From positions 2,849-66,848 of the forward strand of contig CADBXK010000003.1 in NCBI GenBank assembly GCA_902798695.1: DNA of 64,000 nt, given 5' to 3'. Positions 9,402 to 20,060 of this stretch are shown here, piece by piece. Position 1 is the first letter of the stretch. Every line of letters starts with the position of its first letter. Under the pieces are notes generated by a model. The model saw only the letters and a program-made list of their open reading frames with translations, was not told the origin of the DNA and searched no databases. The stretch is from Oscillospiraceae bacterium. GTDB lineage: Bacteria > Bacillota > Clostridia > Oscillospirales > Ruminococcaceae. The translations under genes and the position numbers were made by a program.

Positions 9402-10577
9402 ATGATGAAAACTGTAAGAAGAATTTTTTGTTGTATGTTTGTTTTGACTTTTTTGATGTGTAGTTTATGTGGATGTAGTGAATTTAATTTGGACTTTTTA
9501 AAGATGAATTCTAATGATACTGCACAGTCTGAAGAACAACTAGGTGTTGAAAAGAAGGCTTTGCCAGCTACCACGTTTTTTTATGATCAATTAAATGATA
9601 AAGAAAAAGCATACTACAAAGAAATATTGTCTATATTACAAAAAAGGGCAGAAAAAACTAAAATTTCTGTAAATGATAAAGATACAATAGATAGAATATA
9701 TTCTTATGTTTTGAACGATCATCCTGAAATTTTCTATGTGTCTGGATATAAGCTTCAGCAAGGAACAGACACATATTTATCAGGAACTTATTTGTATAGT
9801 AAAGAGGAGATAGATTCTAGACAGAAAAAAATAGATGAATATGTTTCTAAATGTTTTGCTCAAATGCCTTCAAATGCGGATAGTTATGGGAAAGTTAAAT
9901 ATGTTTATGAATATATAGTTAAAAATACAGAGTATCAACCTCAACAATATGAGGATCAGAATATATGTTCTGTTTTTATAGGTGGAAAGTCGGTGTGTAC
10001 GGGATATTCTAAGGCTACTCAATATCTTTTAAATTGTTTGGGAATTAATACAATATTTGTTACTGGATTTGCAGATACGGGTGTTAGTACCCAGATATCT
10101 TCTGGAAATGATGGTGAAAATCATGCTTGGAATGAAGTTTGTATAGATGGAAATTGGTATTGTGTTGATACTACATGGGGTGGTGGATTTTCAAAGAATA
10201 ATTTATCACAAAATGGAGAAAAGTTAATTAATTATGATTATCTTCTCTGTACTACTGATGAATTTAACATTTCACATAAAACAAGCAAAGATTTAAAGGT
10301 TCCTGTATGTACTCATAGTGAAAATAATTATTTTGTCAGAGAAGGAGCTTATTTTGAAAAAGCAGATTTGAGCCAATTTGGTAAACTTGTAAGTTCGCAG
10401 TTGAAAAAAAAGCAACACAGTGTTTCAATTAAGTGTAAGTCTATAGAAGTATATAATAGTTTGAAAAAAGTATTGTTTGATGAAGGTAAAGTTAGAAATT
10501 ATATTTCAAAAGAAAATGGTAGCGAGCTATATACATCATCTTCAGATAAATTATTAACATTAACCATATTCTTTTAA
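9402..10577 (+). CDS. Transglutaminase-like (papain-fold Cys-His-Asp) lipoprotein
   Basis: The signal peptide ends in the lipobox LCGC. The core is KSVCTGYSKATQYLL ... ENHAWNEV ... CVDTTW. The start was moved from 9366 to the ATG at 9402, which follows GAGGTG. Confidence 0.7.
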   Translation: MMKTVRRIFCCMFVLTFLMCSLCGCSEFNLDFLKMNSNDTAQSEEQLGVEKKALPATTFFYDQLNDKEKAYYKEILSILQKRAEKTKISVNDKDTIDRIYSYVLNDHPEIFYVSGYKLQQGTDTYLSGTYLYSKEEIDSRQKKIDEYVSKCFAQMPSNADSYGKVKYVYEYIVKNTEYQPQQYEDQNICSVFIGGKSVCTGYSKATQYLLNCLGINTIFVTGFADTGVSTQISSGNDGENHAWNEVCIDGNWYCVDTTWGGGFSKNNLSQNGEKLINYDYLLCTTDEFNISHKTSKDLKVPVCTHSENNYFVREGAYFEKADLSQFGKLVSSQLKKKQHSVSIKCKSIEVYNSLKKVLFDEGKVRNYISKENGSELYTSSSDKLLTLTIFF

Positions 10578-10625
10578 TTCGTTTTTGTGTTGAGAAATTT
10601 TATATAAAAATAAAAAATTATATAA

Positions 10626-10654
10626 TTGACTTAATTTGGTGTTTAAGATAAAAT
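10626..10654 (+). promoter_or_regulatory. Sigma-A-type promoter upstream of rpe
   Basis: TTGACT, 17-nt spacer, TAAAAT. It lies about 30 nt upstream of the rpe start. Confidence 0.5.
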
Positions 10655-10684
10655 TAATAATTATAACGTGAGTTTGAGGTGTTT

Positions 10685-11335
10685 ATGAAGGATATTAGTA
10701 TTTGTCCGTCAATATTATCGGCCAATTTTGCTTGTTTAATCGATGATGTGAATCGCTTGGAAAAAGCAGGAGTGAGTATTTTGCACGTTGATGTTATGGA
10801 TGGACATTTTGTGCCAAATATCTCATTTGGTGTGCCGATTTTGAGTAGTTTATCTAATGCTTGTGATATGTTTATGGATGTTCATCTCATGATTACTAAT
10901 CCTATTAGATATGTGCAATCATTTGTTGATGCAGGAGCAGATAGTATAACGTTTCACGTTGAGTGCGATGATGATGCAGATGATTGTATAAGACGGATTC
11001 ATGATTTAAATTGTAAGTGTGGTATTGCTATTAAACCTAGTACGGACATAGATTCTGTTTTGCCTTACATTAATGTTGTTGATATGATTTTGGTTATGAC
11101 TGTTGAACCTGGTTTTGGTGGACAGTCATTTATGCCAGATATGCTTGAAAAGGTTAGAAAAATTAGGAGTTTGAATTCTGAAATTAATATACAAGTTGAT
11201 GGAGGAATAAATTCTAAGAGTGCTAATAGAGCAGTAGATGCAGGAGCAAATTGGTTGGTTGCGGGGTCTGCTATATTTGGACAGAAAGATTTTGATACGG
11301 CTGTTAAAGGTTTGAAAGAGTTTAATGTTATTTAA
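10685..11335 (+). CDS. rpe: Ribulose-phosphate 3-epimerase
   Basis: CPSILSANF, HVDVMDGHFVPN, MTVEPGFGGQ and VDGGIN motifs. The ATG at 10685 follows GAGG with a 7-nt spacer. Confidence 0.92.
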   Translation: MKDISICPSILSANFACLIDDVNRLEKAGVSILHVDVMDGHFVPNISFGVPILSSLSNACDMFMDVHLMITNPIRYVQSFVDAGADSITFHVECDDDADDCIRRIHDLNCKCGIAIKPSTDIDSVLPYINVVDMILVMTVEPGFGGQSFMPDMLEKVRKIRSLNSEINIQVDGGINSKSANRAVDAGANWLVAGSAIFGQKDFDTAVKGLKEFNVI

Positions 11336-11922
11336 TTGTTTTTTAATATAGTTTCTATGGCATTATTTTTTATTATTAACTCGCAGTGTTCTTCTATAAT
11401 TTTCTTGTTTAATTCGCCATATCCGATAATGCTTCCATATTCGAAGAATATGGGTGATATTTTTGACAATTGTTCATTATCTGAATATATTATTAATATG
11501 AAGTAGTTATTTATTTGTAATAATGTGTTTTTAAGTATTTTGTTGATGTAATGCTTGTTTATTAAGATTTTGCACATGTTTTTAAAATCTCGAATGTATT
11601 TGAATTTTATTATTAATGGTTTTTTGCTGTTATCGTTTAAAATGTTATTCATGATTTCTTTGTTTATTATATTTAAATACAATATACATCCATTTTCTTC
11701 TGTTGGAAATGCTTCTATGAATATTTTACTTTTGGATATATCTATGTTGGTGGTTCTTTTCACTTTATATAATAAACTTACTATAAGTTGTCTCGTTTTT
11801 TTGTCGTTGTAGTTTATTTTCTCATAATTCACGCCATAATTTTGCATGTCCTTTAAGGATAATGTAATTTTTATGATATATTTGTCTATAATTTCTATGT
11901 TCAATGTATCACATCTTTTCAT
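11332..11922 (-). CDS. mecA: MecA-like adaptor protein (divergent)
   Basis: About 196 aa. The N-terminus IEIIDKYIIKITLSLKDMQNYGVNYEKINYNDKKTRQLIVSLL resembles the MecA N-domain pattern. The call rests on pattern memory only. Confidence 0.4.
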   Translation of the reverse strand: MKRCDTLNIEIIDKYIIKITLSLKDMQNYGVNYEKINYNDKKTRQLIVSLLYKVKRTTNIDISKSKIFIEAFPTEENGCILYLNIINKEIMNNILNDNSKKPLIIKFKYIRDFKNMCKILINKHYINKILKNTLLQINNYFILIIYSDNEQLSKISPIFFEYGSIIGYGELNKKIIEEHCELIIKNNAIETILKNN

Positions 11923-12085
11923 TAAATTGTTTTTGTGGTTTAATTATTTTTATGGTATTTTTACATTACGTATGACTTGATGTTTTTGATTTTTAGTCAA
12001 TTTTTATTCTTAAATAATTGAAATTATTGGATTATTAGTGTATATTTGTTTATGGTTTATTTTATATTTTATGGAGGAATTGATT

Positions 12086-13225
12086 GTGCCTAGAAAAAAT
12101 AAAGTAAAAAGGTATTCTAAAATATACAGAGGCTATGGAAAAAATAGAGGCTGGTTGTTTCATGTCTTGGTATGTTTAGCTTTGTTTGTGGTAATTGCTT
12201 TAGTGGTTTATTTGATTGCAACTGGTGTTAATAGTTATTTGAATCGTGAGAGATGTGTAGAAATTGAAATTCCTCAAACTTCGTCTGAGAGCTTAGAGGA
12301 AGATTCGTCTAGTAAGAATAATGCTGCTAGTGATGTGGCGCAGCAAAAGGAAAACTTAGTGGCTTCAGAAATTCCTGCAGATAAATTAAACAATAGTAAA
12401 TATTTAACAGAATTTATTCAAAAAGCTAAGAGTGATAATAAAAACGCTGTAATTGTTCCTTTAAAAAATGAAAATGGAAGTTTGCTATATTCTAGTAAAA
12501 TAGCAGAAGCTAAGAATTGGGGAACAATTTCGAAATCGGCTGCAGATGCTAAAAAAATTGCTTCAGAGATTGAAGCAGCTGGATTGATTCCTATAGCTAG
12601 AGTAACGACTTTTTATGATCAGCTAGCTCCACACATTAAAAGAAATAATTCATATGGTTCTGTTTCTAAAAATAGTAAAACATATTTGTTTAAAAATTCT
12701 GTTACTGGGAAAGCTGAGAAATGGTTAAATCCGTATCAAAGTGTTGCGAGAAAATATATTTGTGATATTGTTGGTGAGATTGCTGGAATGGGATATAAAC
12801 ATGTTTTGTTGGATAATGTTTCCTTCCCTGATACAGAGTTTAATAATCAAGTGCAGACAAATGCTGATGGAAAGAGTAAAAGTGATATTTTAAAACAATT
12901 TTTTAAAGAATTGGATGCTACGGGAGTTTCGTATATAGTATCATATAATTGGAAAATTTTAAGTGAAGAAAAATTAGCCAATACTTTATATGGAGGGAAA
13001 GTTTTTGAGTATGGCGTTAAGAAACAGTCACCTTTGATTGATGATGAGAACAAGCCTTTTAATGCTGAAAATAAGGAAATTATAAAGAAATCAATCGAAA
13101 CAATAAGGAATGTTGATTCAAGTGTTTTAATTTTTCCTAGTATAATTAATTCTGGTAACAGTAATAGTATTTTAGATGAATTTAAGGCATACGGTATACA
13201 TTCTATGTTGACTTTAAATAAATAA
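12086..13225 (+). CDS. Membrane-anchored putative glycoside hydrolase (DUF4015 / GHL-type TIM barrel)
   Basis: A basic N-terminus and one TM helix are followed by NAVIVPLKNENGSLLY..., IPIARVTTFYD, WLNPY and GYKHVLLDNVSFP, which resembles DUF4015. GGAGG at 12073 favours the GTG at 12086, whereas the ORF track begins at 12038. Confidence 0.5.
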   Translation: MPRKNKVKRYSKIYRGYGKNRGWLFHVLVCLALFVVIALVVYLIATGVNSYLNRERCVEIEIPQTSSESLEEDSSSKNNAASDVAQQKENLVASEIPADKLNNSKYLTEFIQKAKSDNKNAVIVPLKNENGSLLYSSKIAEAKNWGTISKSAADAKKIASEIEAAGLIPIARVTTFYDQLAPHIKRNNSYGSVSKNSKTYLFKNSVTGKAEKWLNPYQSVARKYICDIVGEIAGMGYKHVLLDNVSFPDTEFNNQVQTNADGKSKSDILKQFFKELDATGVSYIVSYNWKILSEEKLANTLYGGKVFEYGVKKQSPLIDDENKPFNAENKEIIKKSIETIRNVDSSVLIFPSIINSGNSNSILDEFKAYGIHSMLTLNK

Positions 13226-13260
13226 GCTGTTGAATTTTAATTGCATGGGAGAATTTAAAA

Positions 13261-14976
13261 ATGTATAGTAAACTTTACAACATTTGGAAAGAAAAAGCTG
13301 TTGATGATGCTGATTTAATATCTGAATTAGAGGCTATTAAGGATAAAGAAAAAGATATCCAAGATAGATTTTACAAAGATTTAGAATTTGGTACGGCAGG
13401 AATAAGAGGAGTTATTGGTGTAGGCACAAATAGAATGAATATATATGTTGTTCGTAAAGTGACTCAGGCTTTTGCTGAATATTTAATAAAAAATAAGGAA
13501 TGTCCTTCAATTGCAATTAGTTATGATAATAGAATAAAATCTGAATTATTTGCTAAAGAAGCTGCATGTGTTATAGCGGCTAATGGAATAACTGTGCATA
13601 TATATAAGGAACTTATGCCTGTTCCGTGTTTGTCTTATGCAGTTAGAAATTTAAAATGTGATGCAGGAATTATGATTACTGCTAGTCATAATCCTGCTGA
13701 ATATAACGGATATAAGGTTTATGGCAGTGATGGATGTCAGCTTAGAGAAGATGCTGCTAGTGAAATACATAATATTTCTTTAACGGTGGATATTTTTGAT
13801 GGTATTAAGCGTATGAATTTTGATGATGGACTGTTGGAAGGAAAGATAAAGTATATTTCTGATGATATTATAGAAAAATATATGAATTGTGTTAAATCGT
13901 GTTTAATACATCCAGAGATATTTTGTGAATCTGATTTTAAAGTAGTATATACACCTTTAAATGGTACTGGAAATAAACCAGTTCGAGAAATGTTTTCACA
14001 GATGGGAATAGGTTCTGTATATGTTGTTAAAGAACAAGAAAATCCAGATGGTAATTTTTCTACTTGTAAATTTCCTAATCCTGAAGTTAAGGAAGCTTTG
14101 TCTTTAGGATTAGAATATTGTAAAAAATATCAACCGGATATATTAATTGCAACTGATCCGGATTGTGATAGAGTTGGAATTGCCGTTCCTGATGAAAGAG
14201 GAGAGTATATTTTAATTAGCGGAAATGAAATTGGGGCATTGTTGTTTGAATATATATGTAGTCAAAGGTTGGCTTTAGGCATTTTGCCAGAAAACTCGGT
14301 AGCTGTAAAAACAATAGTGTCTAGCAATATAACAGAAAAAATTGCTGAAAAATATGGTGTTGATTTGAAAAATGTTTTAACTGGATTTAAATATATTGGA
14401 GAACAAATTGCTATATTAGAAAGAGCCGGAGAAGAAGATAGATTTATTTTTGGATTTGAAGAAAGTCATGGTTATTTAGCAGGAAGTTATGTTAGAGATA
14501 AAGATGGTATAATGGCTACTATGTTAATATGCGAAATGACTGCTTTTTATAAAAAACAAGGGAGATCTGTTTTACAAGTTTTGCATGATATATATAGATC
14601 TTATGGTGTTTATAAAAACGTTACTGATAGTTATGTCTTTGATGGAATGGAAGGCATGGAAACTATGAGCAAAATAATGTCAAATATTCGAAGAAATATA
14701 CCTAACTCTATAGGCAACTTGAAAGTTTTAAGATATTTGGATTATTTGTCTTCTGAAAATATTGAACTTAGTAGCAATAGGATAGAAAAAATTAGTTTGC
14801 CTAAATCTAATGTTCTTGAATTTAAGCTTGAAAACAATGCTTCGGTTATAGTTAGACCCTCGGGGACGGAACCTAAAATAAAAGTTTATTATACTTCTAC
14901 TGGTGCAACTTTTGAGGATGCTGAAGAGTGTCAGAAAAAAATGAAATCGGATTTTGTTAAGTATATTAAAAAATAA
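13261..14976 (+). CDS. Phosphoglucomutase / phosphomannomutase (alpha-D-phosphohexomutase)
   Basis: Active-site TASHNPAEYNGYKV, metal loop DPDCDR, GFEESHG and RPSGTEPKIKVY. Confidence 0.9.
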   Translation: MYSKLYNIWKEKAVDDADLISELEAIKDKEKDIQDRFYKDLEFGTAGIRGVIGVGTNRMNIYVVRKVTQAFAEYLIKNKECPSIAISYDNRIKSELFAKEAACVIAANGITVHIYKELMPVPCLSYAVRNLKCDAGIMITASHNPAEYNGYKVYGSDGCQLREDAASEIHNISLTVDIFDGIKRMNFDDGLLEGKIKYISDDIIEKYMNCVKSCLIHPEIFCESDFKVVYTPLNGTGNKPVREMFSQMGIGSVYVVKEQENPDGNFSTCKFPNPEVKEALSLGLEYCKKYQPDILIATDPDCDRVGIAVPDERGEYILISGNEIGALLFEYICSQRLALGILPENSVAVKTIVSSNITEKIAEKYGVDLKNVLTGFKYIGEQIAILERAGEEDRFIFGFEESHGYLAGSYVRDKDGIMATMLICEMTAFYKKQGRSVLQVLHDIYRSYGVYKNVTDSYVFDGMEGMETMSKIMSNIRRNIPNSIGNLKVLRYLDYLSSENIELSSNRIEKISLPKSNVLEFKLENNASVIVRPSGTEPKIKVYYTSTGATFEDAEECQKKMKSDFVKYIKK

Positions 14977-15000
14977 TTTTTATGTTTTGTATATATATTA

Positions 15001-15029
15001 TTGCATTTTGAAATAATATATGTTATAAT
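15001..15029 (+). promoter_or_regulatory. Sigma-A promoter with an extended -10 box for rpmE
   Basis: TTGCAT, 17-nt spacer, TGtTATAAT. Confidence 0.6.
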
Positions 15030-15084
15030 AGCAATAGTGTTGATTTTAAGAATTTGCGCATTCAAAGCTTGGAGGTGACTTGTA

Positions 15085-15288
15085 ATGAAGAAAGATATAC
15101 ATCCAAACTATGAGCCAACAACTATTACTTGTGCTTGTGGGAATGTGATTGAAACTCGTTCTACAAGAAAAGATATAAAAGTTGAAATTTGCTCTAAGTG
15201 TCATCCTTTCTTTACTGGAAAACAGAAATTAGTAGATACTGGTGGGCGTGTTGATAGATTTAATAAACGCTTTAATCTTAACAAATAG
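15085..15288 (+). CDS. rpmE: 50S ribosomal protein L31 (zinc-binding type)
   Basis: MKKDIHPNY..., with CxC...[10 protein letters not shown] cysteines. A GGAGGTG ribosome-binding site precedes it. Confidence 0.95.
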   Translation: MKKDIHPNYEPTTITCACGNVIETRSTRKDIKVEICSKCHPFFTGKQKLVDTGGRVDRFNKRFNLNK

Positions 15289-15310
15289 AGAATTTTGGCC
15301 AGTTTTAATA

Positions 15311-15340
15311 AAGGCGGTGTCGGTGCACCGCCTTGTTTTC
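15311..15340 (+). terminator. Intrinsic terminator after rpmE
   Basis: aaggcggtg-tcgg-caccgcctt forms a GC-rich 9-bp stem, followed by GTTTTC. Confidence 0.75.
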
Positions 15341-15381
15341 TATTGAGTGTGAATTAAATTTAAAAATGGGTGAGGAAGTAT

Positions 15382-16011
15382 ATGCAAACCTCCTATTTAA
15401 CTATAATGGATTCTGTTAATGCAGAATTGGTTGTGAAACAGTCTAAGTTTTTGGGACATATGAGTTATGTTAAAAGTAAAGAAGAGGCTGAAATGTTTAT
15501 AGCTAAGATACGATCTGAGTATAAAGATGCAACTCACAATGTTCCTGCTTACTCTATTTATTGTAATGGTGTTATGTATTGTTCAGATGACGGGGAACCA
15601 CATGGGACAGCAGGTAAACCAATTCTTGAAATTTTGAAGAGAGAAAATATATATGATGTCTGTGTAGTAGTTACTCGATATTTTGGTGGTGTGCTTCTTG
15701 GAACAGGTGGTTTGGTGAGTGCATATTCAGATACCTGTAAAGAATTGATTAAAAAAGCAGTTATTGCTAAACGGACATTGTGTGCTTCTTTAAATGTTGT
15801 AGTTGATTATGGTGAATTTAATAAAATAGAACATTTTATTGAAAATTATGATGTTAGTATTGTTGATAAAAATTTTTCTGATAAGGTTAGTATGACTTTA
15901 CTGATTAAATCAGAAAATGAGGATGAATTTAAGAAATTGTTGATGGAAAAAACAGCTGCAAATTTGAAAATTGAAAGTATTGGACATTTGTGGGAAAGAG
16001 TAAAAATATGA
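15382..16011 (+). CDS. yigZ: YigZ / IMPACT family protein (UPF0029)
   Basis: SKFLGH..., ATHNVPAY, DDGEPHGTAGKPIL and VVVTRYFGGVLLGTGGL. The ATG at 15382 follows GAGGAAG, and the ORF-track start at 15370 lies inside that ribosome-binding site. Confidence 0.85.
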   Translation: MQTSYLTIMDSVNAELVVKQSKFLGHMSYVKSKEEAEMFIAKIRSEYKDATHNVPAYSIYCNGVMYCSDDGEPHGTAGKPILEILKRENIYDVCVVVTRYFGGVLLGTGGLVSAYSDTCKELIKKAVIAKRTLCASLNVVVDYGEFNKIEHFIENYDVSIVDKNFSDKVSMTLLIKSENEDEFKKLLMEKTAANLKIESIGHLWERVKI

Positions 16012-16071
16012 TTTTGTTTGGTATAGGTTGATTTATAAATCAAGAGTTGTTTTTAAGGAGAATTTGATTTT

Positions 16072-17079
16072 ATGGATCATTTGTCAGTTAGAGATAGAAT
16101 ACATGACGTTGAAAAAAGAATTTTGAGGTCTAATGCATGTCTTGCAATGAATAGTCAAGGAAGAGCAAAAAAAGAATTAATTGATGATTTGAGAACTGAT
16201 TTTCAAAGAGATAGAGATAGGATATTACATAGTAATGCTTTTAGCAGATTAAAAGAAAAAACTCAAGTTTTTTTTATTCCTTGTGGAGATCATTATGTAA
16301 CGAGATTGGTTCATTCTTTGGAAGTATCGCAAATTGCTAGAACCGTTGCTCGGGGGTTGAAATTAAATGAGGATTTGGTTGAAGCAATAGCTTTAGGGCA
16401 TGACATAGGACATTCTCCTTTTGGCCATGTGGGGGAAGAAGTATTAAATTCTATTTGTCCTCACGGTTTTTCGCATTCTGAAAATAGTGTTAGAGTGGTT
16501 AATTTTCTCGAAAATCATGGAGAGGGACTAAATTTAACCTATGAAGTTATAGATGGAATACAGCATCATTCATTTGGTGGTGAGGTTGCTGAGACTTTAG
16601 AGGGTAGGTTAGTTAGTATTTGTGATAAGGTTGCTTATGTGAATCATGATATAGATGATGCTGTAAGAGCAGGGGTGATTTCTGTTGATGATTTACCTGA
16701 AAATTGCAGACGAGTTTTGGGCGATGGAAAGAGTGAACGTATAGCAACGGTTGTAAGATCAATTATCGAAAATAGTGATGATGATATTAAAATGTCTCCG
16801 GAAGTTGGAAAGGCACAAAATGAATTACGCAATTATATGTTTGATAATGTATATTATTCAGATCAAGTTCAATTTGAAAAAGATAAGGTAAGAAATATAG
16901 TGAAAATGATGTATAAATATTATAAATTACATAGTTCTAAATTGCCTGAATTCTATCAGAAAATTGCTAAACAATTTGATGTTGATAGGGCAATATGTGA
17001 TTATATTTCTGGCATGAGTGATATATATATCACAGAGCAATATGTTCATTTTTTTGTTCCAAAATTTTTAGGAGTATAG
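16072..17079 (+). CDS. dGTPase-like deoxyguanosinetriphosphate triphosphohydrolase family protein (HD domain)
   Basis: FQRDRDRILHS, THSLEV-like VHSLEVSQIAR, HDIGHSPFGH and CDKVAYVNHDIDD. It sits in the conserved position upstream of dnaG. Confidence 0.85.
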   Translation: MDHLSVRDRIHDVEKRILRSNACLAMNSQGRAKKELIDDLRTDFQRDRDRILHSNAFSRLKEKTQVFFIPCGDHYVTRLVHSLEVSQIARTVARGLKLNEDLVEAIALGHDIGHSPFGHVGEEVLNSICPHGFSHSENSVRVVNFLENHGEGLNLTYEVIDGIQHHSFGGEVAETLEGRLVSICDKVAYVNHDIDDAVRAGVISVDDLPENCRRVLGDGKSERIATVVRSIIENSDDDIKMSPEVGKAQNELRNYMFDNVYYSDQVQFEKDKVRNIVKMMYKYYKLHSSKLPEFYQKIAKQFDVDRAICDYISGMSDIYITEQYVHFFVPKFLGV

Positions 17080-17096
17080 CTGAGGATGAAAACGAT

Positions 17097-18842
17097 ATGG
17101 TTAAAATAAGTGAAGATTTTATATTACAACTCAAGGGTTTATGTGATATTGTTTCTGTTATTTCGTCGTATGTGGATTTAAAGTCCTCAGGTAAAAACAA
17201 AAAGTGTTCTTGTCCATTCCATTCTGAAAAGACTCCATCTATGGTTATTTATGAAGATACACAAAGTTTTTATTGTTTTGGTTGTGGTGTAGGAGGAGAC
17301 ATTATAACCTTTATAGAGAAAATTGAAAATTTAAGTTATGTTGATGCTGTTAAGTTTTTGGCAGATAGAGCAGGACTTGCTGTTCCGACTAGTGAATTAG
17401 ACGATAAAATCAGCAAGCAAAGGTCTCGTATTTTAAAAATGAATAAGATAGCGGCTAAGTTTTTCTTTAACAATTTAAGATCGGATGTTGGACGCTTTGG
17501 ACGTGAATATTTTGCTAAACGAGGATTGTCTAAGGATATTATTATTAGATTTGGGTTAGGATATGCTGATGATTCTTGGGATTCTTTAAAAAATCATTTA
17601 AAGTCTAATGGATTTTCTTTTGAGGAAATGTGTGAAGCAGACTTAGTGCTTAAATCCAAAAAAGGGTCATATTATGACAAATTTAGAAATAGAGTTATTT
17701 TTCCAATTATAGATATAAAAGGCAATGTTATAGGATTTGGCGGAAGAGTTTTAGATGATAGCAAACCTAAATATTTAAATAGTTCTGATACGCCAGTATT
17801 TAAGAAAAGTTTGGGACTATATGCACTAAATTTTGCTAAGAATAGTGGCTCTAAAACTTTGATATTATGTGAAGGATATATGGATGTTATATCTATGCAT
17901 CAAAATGGATTTAATAATGCTATTGCTGCTTTGGGGACTTCTTTGACAGAATCTCAAGTTAGACTTATTTCTAGAAATTCTAGTGATGTTGTAATTGTGT
18001 TTGATTCTGATAAGGCGGGCAGCATTGCGATGGACAGGGCTTACAAAATGTTTTTGGATATTGGAGTTAGACCAAAGGCATTGAGATTAAAAGGAGCAAA
18101 AGATCCAGATGAATACATAAAAAAATATGGGGCTTCTAGAATGAAAGTATTGATTGATCAATCTAAGAGTGCGATAAAGATCAAGATTGATACAATTGAA
18201 GAAAAATATAATTTGGAGGATGTGGAACAAAGAAAAGATTATATAAATGAATATTGTTTGATTATATCTAATATTGTTGATTCGTTAGAAAGGGAAGTTT
18301 ATATTGGTGAACTTTGCAAAAAAATGAAACTTACAAGAGAAATTGTTACGAATCATGTTGACTATTTGTTGAAAAAAAAGCGAAAAAAATATAACAAGAA
18401 GATTGACAGAGAACTGATTAAAAATGTGAAATTGGAATATGCTGCCAAAAATATGCATTCGAAGTATGATAGAGCAGAACAAGGAATTATTAGATTTTTG
18501 TATAATAATCCCGATTATATTAATTATTTGTCTGAAAAATTTGATGAAAATTGGTTTGATTCAGATTTACACAAAAAAATTTATAAAACTATAGTTGATA
18601 AAATTAATTATGGAAGTAGTTTAGATTTTGTGGCATTTCATAGTGTGTTGGATGTTGACGAGATGGGAATCTTTTCTAAAATAGTTAATGAAGGCAGGAA
18701 TTATGCAAATACAAATAGAGAACTTGATGATTATATATGCGTTGTAAAAGAAAAATATGATGAAAAATATGAAGATATATCTAGTATGACGTTGGAACAA
18801 ATTGAACAAAGAAGAAAACAAAATGCACAAAAAAAGCGTTGA
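17097..18842 (+). CDS. dnaG: DNA primase
   Basis: Zinc ribbon [11 protein letters not shown]...CFGCG, the RNA polymerase domain motif RVIFPI, and the TOPRIM motifs EGYMDV and DSDKAG. Confidence 0.95.
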   Translation: MVKISEDFILQLKGLCDIVSVISSYVDLKSSGKNKKCSCPFHSEKTPSMVIYEDTQSFYCFGCGVGGDIITFIEKIENLSYVDAVKFLADRAGLAVPTSELDDKISKQRSRILKMNKIAAKFFFNNLRSDVGRFGREYFAKRGLSKDIIIRFGLGYADDSWDSLKNHLKSNGFSFEEMCEADLVLKSKKGSYYDKFRNRVIFPIIDIKGNVIGFGGRVLDDSKPKYLNSSDTPVFKKSLGLYALNFAKNSGSKTLILCEGYMDVISMHQNGFNNAIAALGTSLTESQVRLISRNSSDVVIVFDSDKAGSIAMDRAYKMFLDIGVRPKALRLKGAKDPDEYIKKYGASRMKVLIDQSKSAIKIKIDTIEEKYNLEDVEQRKDYINEYCLIISNIVDSLEREVYIGELCKKMKLTREIVTNHVDYLLKKKRKKYNKKIDRELIKNVKLEYAAKNMHSKYDRAEQGIIRFLYNNPDYINYLSEKFDENWFDSDLHKKIYKTIVDKINYGSSLDFVAFHSVLDVDEMGIFSKIVNEGRNYANTNRELDDYICVVKEKYDEKYEDISSMTLEQIEQRRKQNAQKKR

Positions 18843-18870
18843 TTATAGGCTGTTTTTTAGGAGGACAAAA

Positions 18871-20031
18871 ATGGATGAAAATTTAAATTTAAAAGACATA
18901 AAAAAACAAATAGATAATTTGAACTTAGATGAGAATGGACCATTAGAAATAGATCCGAAGATAGTGTCAAATGACTTACTTGAGCGTGGCAAAAAAAATG
19001 GAAAACTAAGCATACAGGAAGTTGCAGTGGCACTTGAAGAATTAAATTTTGATAGCGATCAAATTACTAAGCTTTATGAAAAGTTTGAACAATACAATAT
19101 TGAATTAGTGGATGATCTGGAAGATGAAGATTTAGATATTGATTTGAGTTTGGATATTGGAATAAATGATAGTGTTAGTCCTGCTATGTCTATGGAATCA
19201 GTAAATATTGATGATCCTGTTAAGATATATTTGAAAGAAATAGGAAAGGTTTCATTGTTATCTGCAGAAGAAGAAGTGGAACTTGCTAAGAGAATGTCAG
19301 ATGGGGATGCTTATGCTAAAAAACGTCTTTCAGAGGCTAACCTTAGGTTAGTTGTTTCTATTGCAAAAAGATATTTGGGACGTGGTATGCAGTTTTTAGA
19401 TTTGATTCAAGAGGGAAATCTTGGACTTATAAAGGCTGTTGAAAAATTTGACTATACTAAGGGATTTAAATTTTCAACATATGCTACATGGTGGATACGT
19501 CAGGCAATAACTCGGGCTATTGCTGATCAGGCTAGAACAATTCGTATACCTGTTCATATGGTTGAAATTATTAATAAGGTCAAAAAAGTGTCTAGTCAAT
19601 TATTACATAAAAATGGGCATGAGGCTAAAGCGGAAGAAATAGCTGCAGTTTTAGATATATCTGTGCAAAAAGTAAAAGAAATTATTAGAGTTTCACAAGA
19701 ACCGGTGTCTTTAGAAACTCCAGTTGGTGAGGAGGAAGATAGTCATTTGTCTGACTTTATTCCTGATGATGATGCACCTGCTCCTGCTGATGCGGCATCC
19801 CATACGCTTTTAAAGGAACAGTTAGGTGATGTTTTAGGAACATTGACTGATAGAGAAGAAAAGGTTTTACGACTTAGATTTGGATTGAAAGATGGTCGTT
19901 CTAGAACCTTGGAAGAAGTTGGAAAGGAATTTGATGTTACCAGAGAAAGAATACGTCAAATAGAGGCGAAAGCTTTGAGAAAGTTACGTCATCCTAGCAG
20001 ATCTAAAAAATTGAAAGATTTTTTAGATTAA
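18871..20031 (+). CDS. rpoD: Primary RNA polymerase sigma factor (sigma-70 / SigA)
   Basis: Acidic region 1, [56 protein letters not shown], and region 4 [30 protein letters not shown]. The ATG at 18871 follows AGGAGG, and the ORF-track start at 18802 overlaps dnaG. Confidence 0.95.
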   Translation: MDENLNLKDIKKQIDNLNLDENGPLEIDPKIVSNDLLERGKKNGKLSIQEVAVALEELNFDSDQITKLYEKFEQYNIELVDDLEDEDLDIDLSLDIGINDSVSPAMSMESVNIDDPVKIYLKEIGKVSLLSAEEEVELAKRMSDGDAYAKKRLSEANLRLVVSIAKRYLGRGMQFLDLIQEGNLGLIKAVEKFDYTKGFKFSTYATWWIRQAITRAIADQARTIRIPVHMVEIINKVKKVSSQLLHKNGHEAKAEEIAAVLDISVQKVKEIIRVSQEPVSLETPVGEEEDSHLSDFIPDDDAPAPADAASHTLLKEQLGDVLGTLTDREEKVLRLRFGLKDGRSRTLEEVGKEFDVTRERIRQIEAKALRKLRHPSRSKKLKDFLD

Positions 20032-20060
20032 TGAGCGAACAATAACTTTATTTTGAGATT

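Noticed and set aside
16072-17079. The dGTPase-like HD protein as a possible anti-phage dNTP-depletion defence gene.
   Set aside because: It sits in the conserved housekeeping position directly upstream of dnaG-rpoD, with 17-nt spacing. No mobile or defence neighbours are present. This is the ordinary dgt-like gene of Firmicutes.
18802-18870. N-terminal extensions in the ORF track. Examples are rpoD from 18802, ftsX from 22458, aminotransferase from 40500, grpE from 33631, dnaJ from 31047, yebC from 55048, aspS from 55820 and rpmA from 51221.
   Set aside because: In each case a downstream start codon has a proper Shine-Dalgarno sequence at 6-10 nt and reproduces the conserved protein N-terminus. 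The extensions overlap upstream genes or promoter DNA.
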